Position numbers and translations under genes: made by a program
Source of the DNA: Laetmonice hystrix
Taxonomy: Eukaryota
DNA: 64,000 nucleotides
Assembly (NCBI GenBank): GCA_965235115.1
Contig: OZ249438.1
Location: 33,356,001-33,420,000, forward strand
Direction of reading: 5' to 3'
Part shown: positions 62,219 through 64,000 of the stretch, piece by piece
Layout: the number at the start of each line of letters is the position of its first letter
How positions within the stretch are numbered: the first letter of the stretch is position 1
Notes under the pieces: model-generated
What the model saw: the letters and a program-made list of their open reading frames with translations, nothing else
Told to the model about the DNA's origin: nothing
Databases searched by the model: none

Positions 62219-63787
62219 TTAGTTTCCCGACTGTCCTGCACTTGGTTGACCCGGTGGGCCCTGCCTTGTATCATTCCCGCCATAATTCGGTCTCTGCCTT
62301 ACTGGGTTTCTACGACTCGTATTTTCCTGCTTCAACCTGCAGTCAGCCTGGAAATGACCCTTCTTTTGGCAGTAAAAACAAACGATTTCTTCCCTCCCTG
62401 TTCGGGATCTAGTGATCATTTCTGCCCGTACTGCCTTTGCTATCATTTCTTGTAGCTGGTTGGGACTGAGAGATGCAGGGGCCGTCAGTTGGCCGTCAGC
62501 CGGCACGCGAGGAGGCATAGAGTTTCCGACAGGCTGCACTGCTGCTAGCCGTGCCCTCCTACTCTTGATAGCCTTGGCTATCGACTGGCTCTCAATGGCC
62601 ACCGTCACGGCCTCCTCCAGCGTGCGACATCGAGCTTTCCTGACGTCCTGCTGCACCTTCTCGCTCCACAACCCTTGACAATATCTTTCCACTAACTCAT
62701 ACTCATCTCTACTGTGGGTTACAGGAAATGCCTTTCTATACAAATCTTTCAGGGTCCTCCCAAACTCATCTACGGTCTCACCCTTCAACTGGACACGGTT
62801 ATAATAATCTGTCCTGAAGGCAACTTGCCTGCCTTCTGGAGCAAACCTACTGCTCAACATTTGTTTTATGGCGCCTAAGTGACGCTTCTGGGAGGGCTTG
62901 AGATCCCGCATGACTGTACTGGCTGGAGGACGAAGTGCAGCACCTAGCTGCACGGCAGCTTCATCGTCTGTCCAGCCATTCCAATCCCGGACCTGATCAA
63001 AATGATCCTCATAATCTTCCCATTCTCTAGATTTACCATCAAACCTATCCAACTTTAGGGGTTCCCTTCTCATGGGTTTGGGGGTGGGCGGCGGGGGGTC
63101 CCTCCAATACCCATTACGCCTGTCTGGTCGGTCCCCTCCTTCTCTATGTCTGTTTACACGTCTATTTAGACGATAGTCATCTGCCTCATCATCTGAGGTA
63201 TCTGAAAAAAATGGTTCATCAGTGTAGAGGTTGGGGGGCGGGTGCCGTTGGTGGGGGGCCGGGCTCACCGGCCGGTGGGGCCGGGAGCCGGGGCGCACCC
63301 GAACCGGAGGCACAACATCATCATTGTCGGTCTGGGGACCGTGGGGACGGGGCCGAGGGCCCGGTGGAGGGCGGTCATCATTTGGGTGCGGGGAAGCCAG
63401 CCGGGGTGACAACACCTGTGGCTGCCACTCATGCCGGGAGGGTTCCTCACGCTGTGGGCGGACCACAGGGTGGGGGCTCCCAGCGGGCAGTTGGCGGGCG
63501 GCCAAGGCCGAGGCCTGGCCGGCCGGCTGGACAGGGTGCCCCGGCTGGCGGGAGATTGCAGAGGCAGGCCTGGGGGTGAGGACGGGGAGCGACCCAGCGC
63601 CGCGCCCGTCTCCCGGCCGACCCACCTCCACATCGGAGTCATGCTGCTGCAGATTGTCACCCTGGACACTCCTGGCGCCAGGATTACTGGAGTACCGTTG
63701 TTTGGCCAGGTATTGTTCTCTCAGTCGACCAGGCAGCGATCTGATAGAATCAGACAGCCGCCGAAGCCTTGCCTTCGCCAGATCCAT
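62219..63787 (-). CDS. gag: Gypsy gag (capsid-like domain plus CCHC zinc knuckle)
   Basis: LKLDRFDGKSREWEDY...WNGW gag signature and CFYCQKKGHFQADC knuckle. First ATG at 63787 (the ORF track starts at GTG 63805). Confidence 0.93.
   Translation of the reverse strand: MDLAKARLRRLSDSIRSLPGRLREQYLAKQRYSSNPGARSVQGDNLQQHDSDVEVGRPGDGRGAGSLPVLTPRPASAISRQPGHPVQPAGQASALAARQLPAGSPHPVVRPQREEPSRHEWQPQVLSPRLASPHPNDDRPPPGPRPRPHGPQTDNDDVVPPVRVRPGSRPHRPVSPAPHQRHPPPNLYTDEPFFSDTSDDEADDYRLNRRVNRHREGGDRPDRRNGYWRDPPPPTPKPMRREPLKLDRFDGKSREWEDYEDHFDQVRDWNGWTDDEAAVQLGAALRPPASTVMRDLKPSQKRHLGAIKQMLSSRFAPEGRQVAFRTDYYNRVQLKGETVDEFGRTLKDLYRKAFPVTHSRDEYELVERYCQGLWSEKVQQDVRKARCRTLEEAVTVAIESQSIAKAIKSRRARLAAVQPVGNSMPPRVPADGQLTAPASLSPNQLQEMIAKAVRAEMITRSRTGREEIVCFYCQKKGHFQADCRLKQENTSRRNPVRQRPNYGGNDTRQGPPGQPSAGQSGN
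62222..62228 (-). promoter_or_regulatory. -1 ribosomal frameshift slippery heptamer G GGA AAC
   Basis: Minus strand reads TCG GGA AAC TAA at the gag end. The -1 frame (GGG AAA CTA AGA...) is the open pol frame, and a stem-loop follows. Confidence 0.85.
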
Positions 63788-63859
63788 CTCCACGCTTGAA
63801 CTCACGCCAGCACACAGCTCTAATCTTGGTCACACGGCACCAGAAATTCTGTGGTCTCA

Positions 63860-63874
63860 CTGGTCACGGCACCA
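63860..63874 (-). promoter_or_regulatory. Primer-binding site complementary to the tRNA-His(GUG) 3' end
   Basis: + strand CTGGTCACGGCACCA equals the 3' end of invertebrate tRNA-His plus CCA, as recalled. It lies 7 nt inside the 5' LTR. Confidence 0.8.
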
Positions 63875-63881
63875 GAAATTC

Positions 63882-64000
63882 TGTGGCGACCCTGACTATG
63901 GATGTCAGGGTCTGCGGGCACAGGCTCCGTGTTCGTATGTCTGACTTCTCGTTGTGTTCCTTAAATCTTACCTGATTACCTGATCTTATTGGGGATTGAG
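63882..64000 (-). repeat. 5' LTR (partial, U5 end)
   Basis: Identical to 56666-56784. Confidence 0.95.

Larger units (their letters stand above)
56666..64000 (-). mobile_element. Ty3/Gypsy LTR retrotransposon, integrase-deficient, intronic and antisense to the host gene; 5' LTR truncated by the window edge
   Basis: Two LTR copies, PBS, PPT, gag with a CCHC knuckle, and pol in the order protease-RT-RNase H. Confidence 0.96.

Noticed and set aside
61783-63944. + strand ORFs of 122-237 aa overlapping gag and pol
   Set aside because: Antisense shadows of GC-rich coding sequence.

Overview
Animal (eukaryotic) genomic DNA, probably a marine invertebrate; the taxon is inferred only from repeat and SINE style. 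About 56 kb lies within one large + strand gene that I identify as a synaptotagmin-14/16-like gene. Its transmembrane exon (3575-3739, FLYLNKKLCFANCGGFP) joins in phase 1 across a ~39-kb intron to the SSDSDDEVL exon (42938-43096), followed by two more linker exons (51977-52167, 53133-53282). The C2-domain exons are not in the window. Inside the long intron are several further phase-1 candidate exons (7068-7119, 16703-16783, 26852-27092) that could give N-termini lacking the membrane anchor; this is the most interesting host feature. The introns hold more than 25 unrelated tandem arrays (units 17-137 bp, roughly 14 kb by hand count), several PIF/Harbinger-type MITEs (one pair nested inside its own family), and a truncated SINE with a 14-bp target-site duplication. 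The last 7.3 kb is a minus-strand Ty3/Gypsy LTR retrotransposon. It has a 946-bp 3' LTR, LTR ends identical where comparable, a tRNA-His PBS that is duplicated, an intact gag with a GGGAAAC -1 frameshift site, an intact PR-RT-RNase H pol, and no integrase core. No prokaryotic system, CRISPR array, rRNA or tRNA gene was found. All identifications come from reading the sequence and recalled family motifs; no database search was run, and repeat boundaries are approximate.
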